A stretch of 36,959 bases of DNA from a virus (lineage: Duplodnaviria; Caudoviricetes). The notes under the pieces were generated by a model. That model was not told where the DNA came from and made no database searches. It was given only the letters and a program-made list of their open reading frames with translations. The position numbers and the translations under genes are program-made. Numbering within the stretch: the stretch's first letter is position 1; the number at the start of each line of letters is the position of its first letter. The stretch is from the IMG/VR virus record IMGVR_UViG_3300020045_006845, positions 1 through 36,959 of that record, one strand, 5' to 3'. This document shows, piece after piece, positions 1-10,074 of the stretch.

Positions 1-173
1 ACACCGTTTACGGTTACTGTAACTTCTTCTGCTGGAATTGCATTTTTCGGAAAACTTGAATTGTTTGGAAATATTAAAACAAAAGTGTTGGCATTGTCGT
101 CAAACTGATAATCCCAATCCGACCAATTGAATCCATCATGATACCAAACGTTATTTATTGGTTTTATTTCCAT
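1..173 (-). CDS. Tail-region protein, truncated by window edge (MEIKPINNVWYHDGFNWSDWDYQF...)
   Basis: ATG at 173, 3 nt after the stop of the upstream gene; open to the window edge. Confidence 0.7.
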   Translation of the reverse strand, partial: MEIKPINNVWYHDGFNWSDWDYQFDDNANTFVLIFPNNSSFPKNAIPAEEVTVTVNG

Positions 174-176
174 TAG

Positions 177-1184
177 TTAGTTTCTGGTTTGGTTAACAAA
201 TAAATATCTATTACTTATTGTAATTGCAGATGTAGAAGTTATGTATATATATCCGCCATATTGTAAAAAATCCTCTTCTACTGGTGTTAAAAAAACATAA
301 TCAATTGTATCTACAACACCAGTTGCTTTACTGAAATGGTGCGTTTTTGTTCTATAAACAACTGAATTACTCTCTAACTCTACTATTACAGTTTGATTAG
401 TTCCGGATGGCGTTGGTGTTGTGAATAGTCCGTTTGTTCCCAAAGAAGCTAATAGTTCTGTTGGCGTAATTCTTAAGTCAGGACTTGGGACTAAAGCACC
501 ATCATTATTTGCTATTAATGAAACATCATTATTTTTTCGCTCGCTACCAACAAATAATAATTTGGTTCTTGTGTTTGCAGGAATAACTTGTGATGATACA
601 AAATCTTGTGTTCTGTGCCAATTGTTTTTATCGTAAGGTGTAACGCTATATGCACTCGGCGCATAAACACCATCGTTAATTAATTCAAGTTTTAAAGCAT
701 CTAAATAGACTTTTCTAGGAACTACTAAATTGCCAAATCTAAAATTAAAAGAAACTACATCGCCTGCCGTTAAAGGGAATGTTTGACACAAAGTATTAAA
801 ACCTACTTTTAATCCGTTTTCAGTAGTTAAAACACTTTGAAACGTTGTGTTTGTAGAAATTCCATTTACAAAAACCTCAAAAGTAACCGTTAAATTATCG
901 TTTGTTGATGTATAAACCTGACCTTGCAAACAGTAATCTCCATCTTTTGTAGCCGTGAAATTCATTTGAGAACCACCGCTATTAAAGGCTATACTTCCAA
1001 CATTAGCAAAATCAATTTCAACTGAATTTTTGCCCTCGTAAACTTGCGTGTTTGATGTTTCAACAGTGCCAACAAGCTTTTCGTCTATTACGTTCCATGT
1101 GTGTGGTGTATCAAAATCGCAAAATCTTGTTAGTAAGTTAGGTCTTATTTTTGGTGCTATAAAATTTGCTATTGCTAAAATCAT
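177..1184 (-). CDS. Putative tail/receptor-binding protein with a carbohydrate-binding-module-like beta sandwich
   Basis: Beta-rich 335 aa; YEGKNSVEI and VYLDALKLE resemble CBM-like domains; distal tail position. Confidence 0.5.
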   Translation of the reverse strand: MILAIANFIAPKIRPNLLTRFCDFDTPHTWNVIDEKLVGTVETSNTQVYEGKNSVEIDFANVGSIAFNSGGSQMNFTATKDGDYCLQGQVYTSTNDNLTVTFEVFVNGISTNTTFQSVLTTENGLKVGFNTLCQTFPLTAGDVVSFNFRFGNLVVPRKVYLDALKLELINDGVYAPSAYSVTPYDKNNWHRTQDFVSSQVIPANTRTKLLFVGSERKNNDVSLIANNDGALVPSPDLRITPTELLASLGTNGLFTTPTPSGTNQTVIVELESNSVVYRTKTHHFSKATGVVDTIDYVFLTPVEEDFLQYGGYIYITSTSAITISNRYLFVNQTRN

Positions 1185-1189
1185 AATTA

Positions 1190-1681
1190 TTAATTTTTAA
1201 GTAAATAAAATGTATCAAAAGTAACTGATTGACCTGCTGGTATTAATCCGTTTATACTTATAACATCGTTGTTTATTAATATAATACATCTATCTCCTGT
1301 ATTCGCTCTTGCTTCGATTGCCTGAACATAAGGAATAGAGCCTACGTTTGTATCTTTAGCCTCATATTCTGAATTGATTATATTAGCTATATTTACTCCA
1401 TATCCAATGGCTTGAGTTGAACCATTAGAAATATACCCTTTTATATAGCATTTATTAGCTTCTTTTTTCATTAAAAAGAAAAAATCAACATAAGTAGTTG
1501 ATGAACTAACTACCTTTTCTAAGATAGTCATTTCAGACGGAACAAGTGAATGTTCTGTTATAGTTTCAGAATAAATCTCGTTAGCTGTATTAATTTCTAC
1601 TTCTCTTAATTCGCTTGCTGTAATGTCGCTACTATCTGCTAATTTAGTATTTATAGCGTCTATAAAATCTGTTTTATTCAT
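1190..1681 (-). CDS. Putative minor tail protein
   Basis: Tightly packed in the tail operon. Confidence 0.5.
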   Translation of the reverse strand: MNKTDFIDAINTKLADSSDITASELREVEINTANEIYSETITEHSLVPSEMTILEKVVSSSTTYVDFFFLMKKEANKCYIKGYISNGSTQAIGYGVNIANIINSEYEAKDTNVGSIPYVQAIEARANTGDRCIILINNDVISINGLIPAGQSVTFDTFYLLKN

Positions 1682-1684
1682 AAT

Positions 1685-2845
1685 TTATGATGTAAAAAAA
1701 TCATTACTATTAAAGTGTAAAGGACTAAAATCTCCATCAGTTACCGTAAACTTCCAATTTCCTATTGCTATCCCATCAAAAGTAAATAGCTCCCAATAAA
1801 TACCATCTGAAACTGTTATTTTGTAAATACCGTTCTCAAAAGTGTACGCTCCGAAATCTATTTCTAAACTTTGACCGTTAACCGATGGCGTTCCATTTGC
1901 TACAAAGGTATCGTTTTTGTATAATTTTATTGCTAAAGTAGGTAAAATTTCAATAGGTTTATTAAAATTCATCTTAAATATTGATGGAATACCTGCAATA
2001 GTCGTAACGCTGTTGTGTGGTAATTCTAAAGATAAAAGCTGTAAACCTGTTAATAATTGAATTGTAGGCTCTCTATATTCGTTTTGTGGGTTAACTAAAA
2101 ATTCCCCACTAAACATATTTGTAGTGCCTTTTCGCTCGTCTTTCGTAAATTCTTTTAAAGTGCATCTTTGACCATCAACAAAAACTACTGAATGACGAAA
2201 AACAAAGTCCAACGCTCTTTTAGTTTGAATATCAATCTTTTCACAAATATATTTATTGTAATAGGTCGTGGTTGATTTAAAGTTTAAATTTGTTCCGTCA
2301 ACATCAATTCTGCTTCTTTTTTCTGTTTCATCATCAATATCATAAAAGTAAACATTTGAAATTCTAATCGATTGCATGAAAGGCGCAAGTTCATAGTTTG
2401 TTCCCTCAAGTATTTTAGTATTGAAAAAATCAAACCTTGTGCTTTTTTTGTCCTCGTATTCGGTTAGTAAAAAATTAGTCGAATAGTAAACATTTTCATT
2501 TATATCGTCGGTTAACTTTAGGTGTAACGGCTTTGTATAATAATCAATTCCAATATACCCAAACTCAAAAGAAATTTGATTTATTCCTTTGTGGTCAATA
2601 AAACCCGCATAAGAAAAGCTATTAGTTATATCTTTGACAAAACTACCGCAACCGTCGATAAGTTCAGCGGTTACGGTAGAAATAAAAGAAATATGAGTGT
2701 TAGAATTAGTTGTTTGTAGCGTGCTTTCGCTAGGGCGTTGTTTAACAAAACCCGAATAAGAAAGCTCGACTATTTTAGGGTCGGAACTTTGCTTTGCTTT
2801 TGCAAAATCGTTAAGATATAATTGTATGAAATTAATGTTTTGCAT
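1685..2845 (-). CDS. Tail protein with C-terminal Ig-like domain
   Basis: C-terminal FNKPIE...YKITVSDG...WKFTV pattern is Ig-like; tail operon position. Confidence 0.55.
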   Translation of the reverse strand: MQNINFIQLYLNDFAKAKQSSDPKIVELSYSGFVKQRPSESTLQTTNSNTHISFISTVTAELIDGCGSFVKDITNSFSYAGFIDHKGINQISFEFGYIGIDYYTKPLHLKLTDDINENVYYSTNFLLTEYEDKKSTRFDFFNTKILEGTNYELAPFMQSIRISNVYFYDIDDETEKRSRIDVDGTNLNFKSTTTYYNKYICEKIDIQTKRALDFVFRHSVVFVDGQRCTLKEFTKDERKGTTNMFSGEFLVNPQNEYREPTIQLLTGLQLLSLELPHNSVTTIAGIPSIFKMNFNKPIEILPTLAIKLYKNDTFVANGTPSVNGQSLEIDFGAYTFENGIYKITVSDGIYWELFTFDGIAIGNWKFTVTDGDFSPLHFNSNDFFTS

Positions 2846-3003
2846 TAATGCTGTTTTACTACTTTTCCTTTGACAACAACAGTTTTTACCTCTTTCGATT
2901 TACCAAAGAAACGGCTTTTATTTACTGAAACTTCGTTAATATTATGCTCCAAATAAATTGGAAACCCTAAAATATCTACTCCTATTTGATATGTTGCTGT
3001 CAT
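2845..3003 (-). CDS. Small hypothetical protein, 52 aa (MTATYQIGVDILGFPIYLEHN...)
   Basis: Read manually; fills the gap exactly, with TAATG stop/start overlap with the downstream gene. Confidence 0.65.
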   Translation of the reverse strand: MTATYQIGVDILGFPIYLEHNINEVSVNKSRFFGKSKEVKTVVVKGKVVKQH

Positions 3004-3005
3004 AA

Positions 3006-5687
3006 TTATAAATTTTCCAATGCCTCAATAAGTAATTGTTTAGTGTTGTAACTTACACCGTTCAAAATTACTAAATTAAAATTATAAAAGTTACTAATTG
3101 GACGCATTTTTTCATCAAACACCCTAAATTCGTCGTTTCTAAACTCCCACCATTTATAAATACCAATTGATTGATACAAAGCATCATTAACTAATAAACC
3201 ATCATTAGTAATTGTTAAAACTAGATTAATTGGTTCGTATTTACGTTCCAAATCAGCATCCAACTCTTGCGTTTGTGGGTTGTATTTGAAACTTTTAATA
3301 AATCCCTTAAACACTTTATCCCCCCTGTTTACTCTAATAAATCCTTTTTTAGTTTTATACAAATTAAGCATATTAACAACATCGCCATAATCCGCCCCTA
3401 AATAAAAAGTATCAATGTCATTTGTGATATTTGGCGTTTGTAAATCCGCTTTAAATATTGGTGCGCTTTCAGCTATCGGGTTTGCTTCGGTAACTTTTTG
3501 CGAAACAAAATCTTTGTTTGGGTAATACTCTACATTCGTAATTTTATCTAAAGGCGAAAAAGTCAAAGCATTAGCTAAATATTTTGAATAGTATTTTATC
3601 AATATCCTTTTTAGTGATACTTCTAAATTTGAATAAGTATTTTCATCATCAACCAAACCGATAAAATTCTCATTTGTTTGATTTGTAAATTTAACACCGA
3701 TTGGATAATATTTAACAGTTACCCCTGCGTCGCCCTCGTAACTTGGACTTCCGCCAAATAAAGTAAGTACGTTAACCGTAATAGAATTAACTGTATAAAC
3801 ACCAACATTTTGACCGAATGTGATTTCAAATTGCGAACCAACTTGCACACCAATTAAATTCCAATTTACAATAAAATCGTTTGCCTCTCCATTTGAATCC
3901 CTGTTTAATACCTCAAGATTACCGTTTACAATTCTAAAACTTAAAAGTGCGCTCCATGATTCAAAATAACTAGGCGGTAACGGTGTGATTTTTTCCATTA
4001 TCACACTACTATCCTCTGTCGTACTAGTTTCGGGTATAAAAAACACTTGGTCGACTATTTCCTGTATTTTGTTGTAATCACGAATGTAAGGAATGGTTAT
4101 CTCTTTGTAACCATCGCATTTAGGGTTGACAATATTCCACTCGCTACGACCATGAATAGTTGTGTTGGTATTTTCTAATGTTTTTTCCTGAGCAAATTCT
4201 TTGTACTCAACTTTTAATTTGTTAACTGCAAATTTAGGATTAAAAGCCGTTCTATATTCTTTGCTTACCGCTTCTTCAAAATAACCTATTTCTACATTCT
4301 CATAAAACTCGTCTTCTTGTCCAATGAATGCAAAATCGTTATTTAATTCAATATCAGAATTAGTTTCTATTAATTGACTATAAACATCTTTTGGTGCTGT
4401 TAAAAATAAATCGGTTTTACCAGCAATCATATTTTTATTGTAAACAACATTATTGTACTCGTCGCCCCCAATATCGTACAATTTTGATTGTACAGGCAGT
4501 CCGTTTATGCTTTTTAATGATTGTTTTATTAAATCTATATATCTAACCGTTGGAATTACTACGCTTAAAGGATTTGAGGTTACATTAACTTCTAAATCAA
4601 AAAGGCTAATATTATGAACGCACAACATACCACCACCACCAGAATTAGACTTTCTCACAAATGATTCAAAGAAAAAATATAAGTAAGCGCCTGCAGGAAT
4701 ATAAGGGATATTATACGTGTTGTTTACCGTGAAAGTTTCACTTTCTCCATCTTCTAATGTTCCGTTTGTTGTCGTTACCAGCTCTGTATATCCTATTGGG
4801 TCATCTACTGAAAAACCCCACGCTAAAATAAGCTTATTTACAACATATCCGTCGCCCTGCCCGGGCAAAGTATCTGCATCTTGCTCCCATACAAGATTTG
4901 ATATTTTAACAGAAACATTTGTTAATTCTGTTTTCGCTCTTAAATATCTTAAATCTTCTCTTTCATTACTAGGATTATTTATTAAATCGATTAAGCCTAC
5001 TAATGTATTTTTAATGTCCGATTTTTCAATTCTTACACATGGATTCCAGTAGTAATATCTGTCGCCTGAGCCAACAAAACTAACTTTTGTTTCTATTACA
5101 GTAGCTTCTTCACATTTCCATTTGCTTTGTCTTTTCTTTGAGGTTCCGCGTCTTAAAATCTTTGTTACTGGCGCAGGCGTTATAACATCGTCTTTGTAAT
5201 TTTTAGTGTCAAATACGTTAAATTTACTATCCAGTTTTCTTTTAATTTCGCCAGCTTTACCCGATTGAATTAGTTTGCACTCTAAAAAAGTTTCATCGTC
5301 AGTCTGCTCAATTTCGTTAAAATCTAATTCTAAATATGGAAAAAATATACCATTTTGCGAAATGTATAATTCAATTTCTGAATTAACACCAAAGCGATTT
5401 TTTATGTACAAAATCCAATCGATTCCCATGTCCATATACTCACAAGTGTCGCCTCGTTCGTTTATAACACGTGGCGCATCTAATCTTTTACCCTCGCAAA
5501 GTTCAAATCTGATTTTATCAATAGCGAAAAACTCAACATCCCTTGCGTGGCGTTTGTCTTCTTGTTTCTTTTCGTAATACGATTCCTTAAACCCAGTCGG
5601 GGTAACGATTTGATATAAGTCATCATTACCCAAACTTTTGAATTTAAGATATACCTTTAAAGTATCATTATCAATTGGATTTGTCAT
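3006..5687 (-). CDS. Large tail/baseplate-hub protein
   Basis: 893 aa immediately after the tape measure gene, TAATG-coupled. Confidence 0.65.
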   Translation of the reverse strand: MTNPIDNDTLKVYLKFKSLGNDDLYQIVTPTGFKESYYEKKQEDKRHARDVEFFAIDKIRFELCEGKRLDAPRVINERGDTCEYMDMGIDWILYIKNRFGVNSEIELYISQNGIFFPYLELDFNEIEQTDDETFLECKLIQSGKAGEIKRKLDSKFNVFDTKNYKDDVITPAPVTKILRRGTSKKRQSKWKCEEATVIETKVSFVGSGDRYYYWNPCVRIEKSDIKNTLVGLIDLINNPSNEREDLRYLRAKTELTNVSVKISNLVWEQDADTLPGQGDGYVVNKLILAWGFSVDDPIGYTELVTTTNGTLEDGESETFTVNNTYNIPYIPAGAYLYFFFESFVRKSNSGGGGMLCVHNISLFDLEVNVTSNPLSVVIPTVRYIDLIKQSLKSINGLPVQSKLYDIGGDEYNNVVYNKNMIAGKTDLFLTAPKDVYSQLIETNSDIELNNDFAFIGQEDEFYENVEIGYFEEAVSKEYRTAFNPKFAVNKLKVEYKEFAQEKTLENTNTTIHGRSEWNIVNPKCDGYKEITIPYIRDYNKIQEIVDQVFFIPETSTTEDSSVIMEKITPLPPSYFESWSALLSFRIVNGNLEVLNRDSNGEANDFIVNWNLIGVQVGSQFEITFGQNVGVYTVNSITVNVLTLFGGSPSYEGDAGVTVKYYPIGVKFTNQTNENFIGLVDDENTYSNLEVSLKRILIKYYSKYLANALTFSPLDKITNVEYYPNKDFVSQKVTEANPIAESAPIFKADLQTPNITNDIDTFYLGADYGDVVNMLNLYKTKKGFIRVNRGDKVFKGFIKSFKYNPQTQELDADLERKYEPINLVLTITNDGLLVNDALYQSIGIYKWWEFRNDEFRVFDEKMRPISNFYNFNLVILNGVSYNTKQLLIEALENL

Positions 5688-8600
5688 TATCTTGATGTAG
5701 GTTTAAAGTTAACTCTTGCATCTGCAATCTCTCTAATTTGATTTTGTTTTCTTTCGTAAGCTCTTTCGCCAAACTTATCTTTAATAACGTGCAATTCTGT
5801 TTTATTTTTGATGGTTGATACAATTCTATCTACTTGACCATCAGTAAAACCGCTATTAACATTAACTATTGGTTGTGGACTACTAATTTGATTATTCGTT
5901 AATATTCCGTTTAATTCATTGTTAAACATAAGGTGTTTCATTGTTTTAGCATTCGGAATTACTTTATCCCCTTTGTTTAACCATGTTTTAGTTGCCCCTT
6001 TATCATTACCTAATGATTTAATTTTATTGTTTTTATCAGTAATAATCTCACGACCTTTTTCTTGTGTTAACGCCCAACCCTCGTTTGCGTTATCAGTTCC
6101 TTTCCAATACTCAGGCATTTTTTGACTAGATATAATCGCTAATTGAAGCGCACTAATACCAGCTATTATAGCGGTCATTGTTCCTTGACTTATCCCCGTC
6201 GGGTCAGGCGAATGACCCCAAATAGACATGATAGCTTGCGATGTATTAATTAATACATTTATTTCTGCCATTTTTTGTTTTTGCTTAAACTCACGTTTTG
6301 CGATTTCTTTTCGTTTTTCCTCCGCTTGTCTTTCGATTTCAACTCTCGCAGATTCACTTTCTCCCGCAAATGCTAATGATATATTTTTCTTCTTTTCTAA
6401 ATTAGCATATTCAGCTTGAAAATTAGCGTTTGATGCTTCTGACATTAAATTGAAAACATCTTGGGCTACTTCTGAAACAGCTAATAAAGCAACCTGCATT
6501 CCTTTACTTGTGTTTTTAGCATAGTTATACATCTTGCTAAAAGTCGTTTCTCCTGCTTCATCAAAGTCAGTAAACATTTTTAAACTAGACAATCCAACGT
6601 CGTCTAATGCTTTTTGAAAGTCATTAATAGGTTTTGTTTTAAATGAATCAATCCATTTTTCAGTTTCTTTTTGAATGGCTTGAATTGGTGTTACTTGCTT
6701 TTCAATCTCTTTTCTTAATTCGGCATATTTTTGACGAATAACATCGTGTTTTTCAGGGTCTGCTTTTGACAGCTCAACCAACATTTCCAAATCAATTTGA
6801 GCAAGTGCCAAACGCTTATATTCCAAAAATGCTAATTCTCTAGCTTTTACAGTTCGTTTGTTGTCTTCTGAAAACTTTAAGAATTTCTTTTGTTCAACCT
6901 TATTTAATGCTAAAGCTAATTCCATTTCGGCTTCAAGTGTTTTTTTACGATGGTCTTCTTCTTTTTCAAATTGCGCTTTTCTGATTTTTTCAGCAAATTC
7001 AGCATCTTGAATCATTAAGTCGTAAATCTGCTTATCTCTGTTTTCAGTAGCCGTAACGGTATTATTAAGATATTTATTTAAAATATCCTGTTTAGCTTTT
7101 GCAAATTCTACATTATTTTGAATATCATTGTAACCGTTCTTTTTATTTTCTTCGTATTTCTTTTTTGCTTCGGCTTGGTCGTCGTCAAACTGTTTTTTAG
7201 AAAGCTCCGTTTCTAATTCATAGTTGGCTGTGATTATTTCCGCCTCCAAACGAGAATATTCTTTTCTTGCTTCCAATCTGCCTACATCATAAGCGTTTTC
7301 ATTTTCAGCTATTTCTTGTTGTTGTGCTTTTAATAACTCAAGTTTAGCAATTCTTAATTTATATTTCGATTCAACTTCAGCATAATCTAACTCGATACGG
7401 TCTTTTTGTGCTTTTCCTTTGTCTTTGCTTTGGTCGTCAATTATTGTTGCTTTTGAGGTTAAAAAGTCAATTTCTTTTTTAATTTCATCTTTTCTGTTCT
7501 TAATTCTTTTATAAAAACTTTCGATTTCGGCTTCTCTGTTTCTTATTACATTTCCAAATTCATCAGTTGTTTCAAAATTAGCTTTTTGGATATTTTTCAT
7601 ACCCTCTGCATATTCTAAATCGGCATCTAGCATTTTACCTTGTAACTCTGATAATTTACTCATTATCGCTTGGTTTAATGCTACTTGAATTAAAGATTTT
7701 GAAAGCCTATCATAAGCGGAACTTGCTCTGCCTGCTTTTATAGCTTCCTCGTCCATATTTTTAAAATACGATGGGTATTGCTCTTGTAATTCTTTAACAG
7801 CTAAATTTCTTTGTTCCATTGGAACGTTTAAGGCTGTTGCTTTCGTGTATAACAAATCTAAATTAGCAATTTCTTTTCCTGCGCTAACATTAGCCTCGTC
7901 TTTAACTGCTAGATAATCTTTTTCTAATTTGGTTAATTGAGAACGCCCTTTTGACAACACTTTAAAGTAATCCCCCATTTCTTGCGAATAAGCAGAAAAG
8001 AAACCAATTCCAATAAATAAAGCCGTTTGCCAACTTAATATAGCAGATGTTAATGTAGAGAATATGCTTTTTTGAGCCATTCCCTGTTGTCTTAATATCT
8101 CATTTTGCGCTTTTACTTGTGCTATTCCATCAATTAGCGCACCAATATTATTGGTTAGCGACAACACCCCTATTTGGAATGATTGACCAAAATTCGGTAA
8201 TTCACGGCTAATTTGACCTACTGCATTTGCTAAATTTGTATTTCCTTTTGCATAATTACCAACCTCAAGCGAGTAGTTTCCGTACGCTTTATTTACTTTA
8301 TTTAATGTCTCTCTATACTTTATTAACCTCCCCTCGTTCAATGCAAGTTGTCGCTCCTCTGCTTTTGATAGTTTTAAACCTAATTCAACTTTAGTTTTAA
8401 GATTATTGTAAACAGGAAGCATTGAATTAATCTTAGCTTTAACTCTTTCGTAAGCATTTTCACTTTTTGCTAGTTGCGCCTGTTCTTTTTCTAATTGTTT
8501 GTTTTGCCTGTCTAGTTCTGTGTTTACAAGTTTTTCAGTTCTTAGTTTAGATTGCTTAGCTCTTTCGGTTGCGCTTATTGCGTTTTGAACTTCTTTTTCT

Positions 8601-8794
8601 GAACGAGCAACTTTATAATTTATATCAGCTATTTTCTTTTGCTCCTCAAAATATTTGCTAGGAACATTTTTATAGTTTGTATTTAATTTTGCAACTTCTG
8701 TCGATAATTCAGTAGCTATAGCTATCTGTTTATCAAGTGCCGTTGTAATATCGTCAACCGCTTTTTTAGTTTCTATAAAATTACTCTTTGCCAT
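5687..8794 (-). CDS. Tail tape measure protein
   Basis: 1035 aa, mostly coiled coil with hydrophobic segments; QISRELPNF..LTNNI and C-terminal PEYWKGT..QEKGRE motifs; follows the chaperones. Confidence 0.9.
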   Translation of the reverse strand: MAKSNFIETKKAVDDITTALDKQIAIATELSTEVAKLNTNYKNVPSKYFEEQKKIADINYKVARSEKEVQNAISATERAKQSKLRTEKLVNTELDRQNKQLEKEQAQLAKSENAYERVKAKINSMLPVYNNLKTKVELGLKLSKAEERQLALNEGRLIKYRETLNKVNKAYGNYSLEVGNYAKGNTNLANAVGQISRELPNFGQSFQIGVLSLTNNIGALIDGIAQVKAQNEILRQQGMAQKSIFSTLTSAILSWQTALFIGIGFFSAYSQEMGDYFKVLSKGRSQLTKLEKDYLAVKDEANVSAGKEIANLDLLYTKATALNVPMEQRNLAVKELQEQYPSYFKNMDEEAIKAGRASSAYDRLSKSLIQVALNQAIMSKLSELQGKMLDADLEYAEGMKNIQKANFETTDEFGNVIRNREAEIESFYKRIKNRKDEIKKEIDFLTSKATIIDDQSKDKGKAQKDRIELDYAEVESKYKLRIAKLELLKAQQQEIAENENAYDVGRLEARKEYSRLEAEIITANYELETELSKKQFDDDQAEAKKKYEENKKNGYNDIQNNVEFAKAKQDILNKYLNNTVTATENRDKQIYDLMIQDAEFAEKIRKAQFEKEEDHRKKTLEAEMELALALNKVEQKKFLKFSEDNKRTVKARELAFLEYKRLALAQIDLEMLVELSKADPEKHDVIRQKYAELRKEIEKQVTPIQAIQKETEKWIDSFKTKPINDFQKALDDVGLSSLKMFTDFDEAGETTFSKMYNYAKNTSKGMQVALLAVSEVAQDVFNLMSEASNANFQAEYANLEKKKNISLAFAGESESARVEIERQAEEKRKEIAKREFKQKQKMAEINVLINTSQAIMSIWGHSPDPTGISQGTMTAIIAGISALQLAIISSQKMPEYWKGTDNANEGWALTQEKGREIITDKNNKIKSLGNDKGATKTWLNKGDKVIPNAKTMKHLMFNNELNGILTNNQISSPQPIVNVNSGFTDGQVDRIVSTIKNKTELHVIKDKFGERAYERKQNQIREIADARVNFKPTSR

Positions 8795-9431
8795 GATTAT
8801 TTCTGTTTTTTGCTATTTTCTCATAGCTTAAAAATTCTGATACTACTAATGTTTTTACATCAATCATTATTGGAACTGGTAATGAAACCACAACGCTTGC
8901 GACAATATCAAAAGCGTTCATTATTTCTACTTCCTCTTTACTTCTTATATCCAGCTTTATTTTTTCGATTTCATTTTCTAAATTCTCAATAGAATTTGAA
9001 ACTCTTTTAAAAAAACCATCAAAGTCAAAAAATACAAAATTGTTTTTTAACTGCTTTTTGTATAAATCAATTAACTTTTTGGTTAATTCGTTTGTTTTTT
9101 CGCTAGTTTCTAATTTAGACAATGTTACAATTGAATTTCTTATTGAGTAAAGAATGGTTAATTTTGATTCTTTTATTAATAATTCATTTTCTTTTCGCAA
9201 CATATATTTTGCCAGCTTGTCGTTTTTCTCTATCCAAAAATCATCATAAATCTTTTTCCAAGCTTCTTCTAGTTGCTTTTGGCTTGCTTTTGGGTGTAGA
9301 AGTTTTAGATTTTTTGTTTGAATTATTTTTATGAACGTTATCATTAATAGCGTTTCCAAATTCGGCAATATGACACCATTCAGCCCCATCATTATCTTTA
9401 ATTTGCCCCAAAATTTTATTAAAACTTTCAT
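8781..9431 (-). CDS. Tail assembly chaperone-like protein (true start uncertain)
   Basis: Directly upstream of the tape measure gene; helical; overlaps the upstream ORF by 188 nt. Confidence 0.6.
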   Translation of the reverse strand: MKVLIKFWGKLKIMMGLNGVILPNLETLLMITFIKIIQTKNLKLLHPKASQKQLEEAWKKIYDDFWIEKNDKLAKYMLRKENELLIKESKLTILYSIRNSIVTLSKLETSEKTNELTKKLIDLYKKQLKNNFVFFDFDGFFKRVSNSIENLENEIEKIKLDIRSKEEVEIMNAFDIVASVVVSLPVPIMIDVKTLVVSEFLSYEKIAKNRNNHGKE

Positions 9432-9579
9432 TGTTTGCTATTTTTGTCGTTTCTTCTTTATTTTCTTTGTAAAACCAATAAACCTTACCTGTTTGCTCAA
9501 ATTTTCTTTTGTGTAATTCAAGTTCTAGTTTTAAGCTATTCGATGCTGTTCTTTGACAGCTAAAACATTGTTTTTTCAT
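9244..9579 (-). CDS. Hypothetical protein, possibly a first tail chaperone ORF
   Basis: ATGA-coupled to the upstream gene; N-terminal CxxC. Confidence 0.5.
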   Translation of the reverse strand: MKKQCFSCQRTASNSLKLELELHKRKFEQTGKVYWFYKENKEETTKIANNESFNKILGQIKDNDGAEWCHIAEFGNAINDNVHKNNSNKKSKTSTPKSKPKATRRSLEKDL

Positions 9580-10016
9580 AATATATACTTGTTGTATAAA
9601 TATTCGATTGTCATAACCGATATTTCATTAGTTAATTCTTCTTGTTCTTGGTCTGTAACATTGAAGTTTTCAATACCGTATTTTTCAACTATCTTTTGAT
9701 ATTTCCAATCAGTAGAGAATATTTCAAAATCTCCTTTTCTTCCAAATATTTCAATTCCTTTCCATAAACCACCGTCTAAAATTAAATCGACATCACCGCC
9801 TGCTAATGGATTTTTGAAATACTTGTTTTCTCTATAATCTTGGTCGAAATACACACCTATTTTACTTCCGTCAGGTTTTTTACCTAAAAGCCAACGTCTA
9901 TAAATTAAGTCTCTTATTATCGGCTCTTTTTGATAAAAAAACGCATCAAAAGTAGTTTGTGTTTCCTCTTTTACCTTTTTTAATCCTAATAATAAAACAT
10001 CTGTGTATAGTTCCAT
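9576..10016 (-). CDS. Putative neck/tail-completion protein
   Basis: GKKPDGSKIG..Y..K..NP...VDLILDG motif; morphogenesis operon. Confidence 0.5.
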   Translation of the reverse strand: MELYTDVLLLGLKKVKEETQTTFDAFFYQKEPIIRDLIYRRWLLGKKPDGSKIGVYFDQDYRENKYFKNPLAGGDVDLILDGGLWKGIEIFGRKGDFEIFSTDWKYQKIVEKYGIENFNVTDQEQEELTNEISVMTIEYLYNKYIL

Positions 10017-10021
10017 TTTAT

Positions 10022-10051
10022 AAAAAACCCCCTCAATTAGTGAGAGGGTTC
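10022..10051 (-). terminator. Intrinsic terminator after the major tail gene
   Basis: Minus strand AACCCTCTCA-CTAAT-TGAGGGGGTT followed by T-run. Confidence 0.7.
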
Positions 10052-10074
10052 AATCTAAACAAATTATGAAAAAA

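Noticed and set aside
177-5687. Diversity-generating retroelement or invertible tail-fibre switch
   Set aside because: No reverse transcriptase, invertase or template/variable repeat pair was seen
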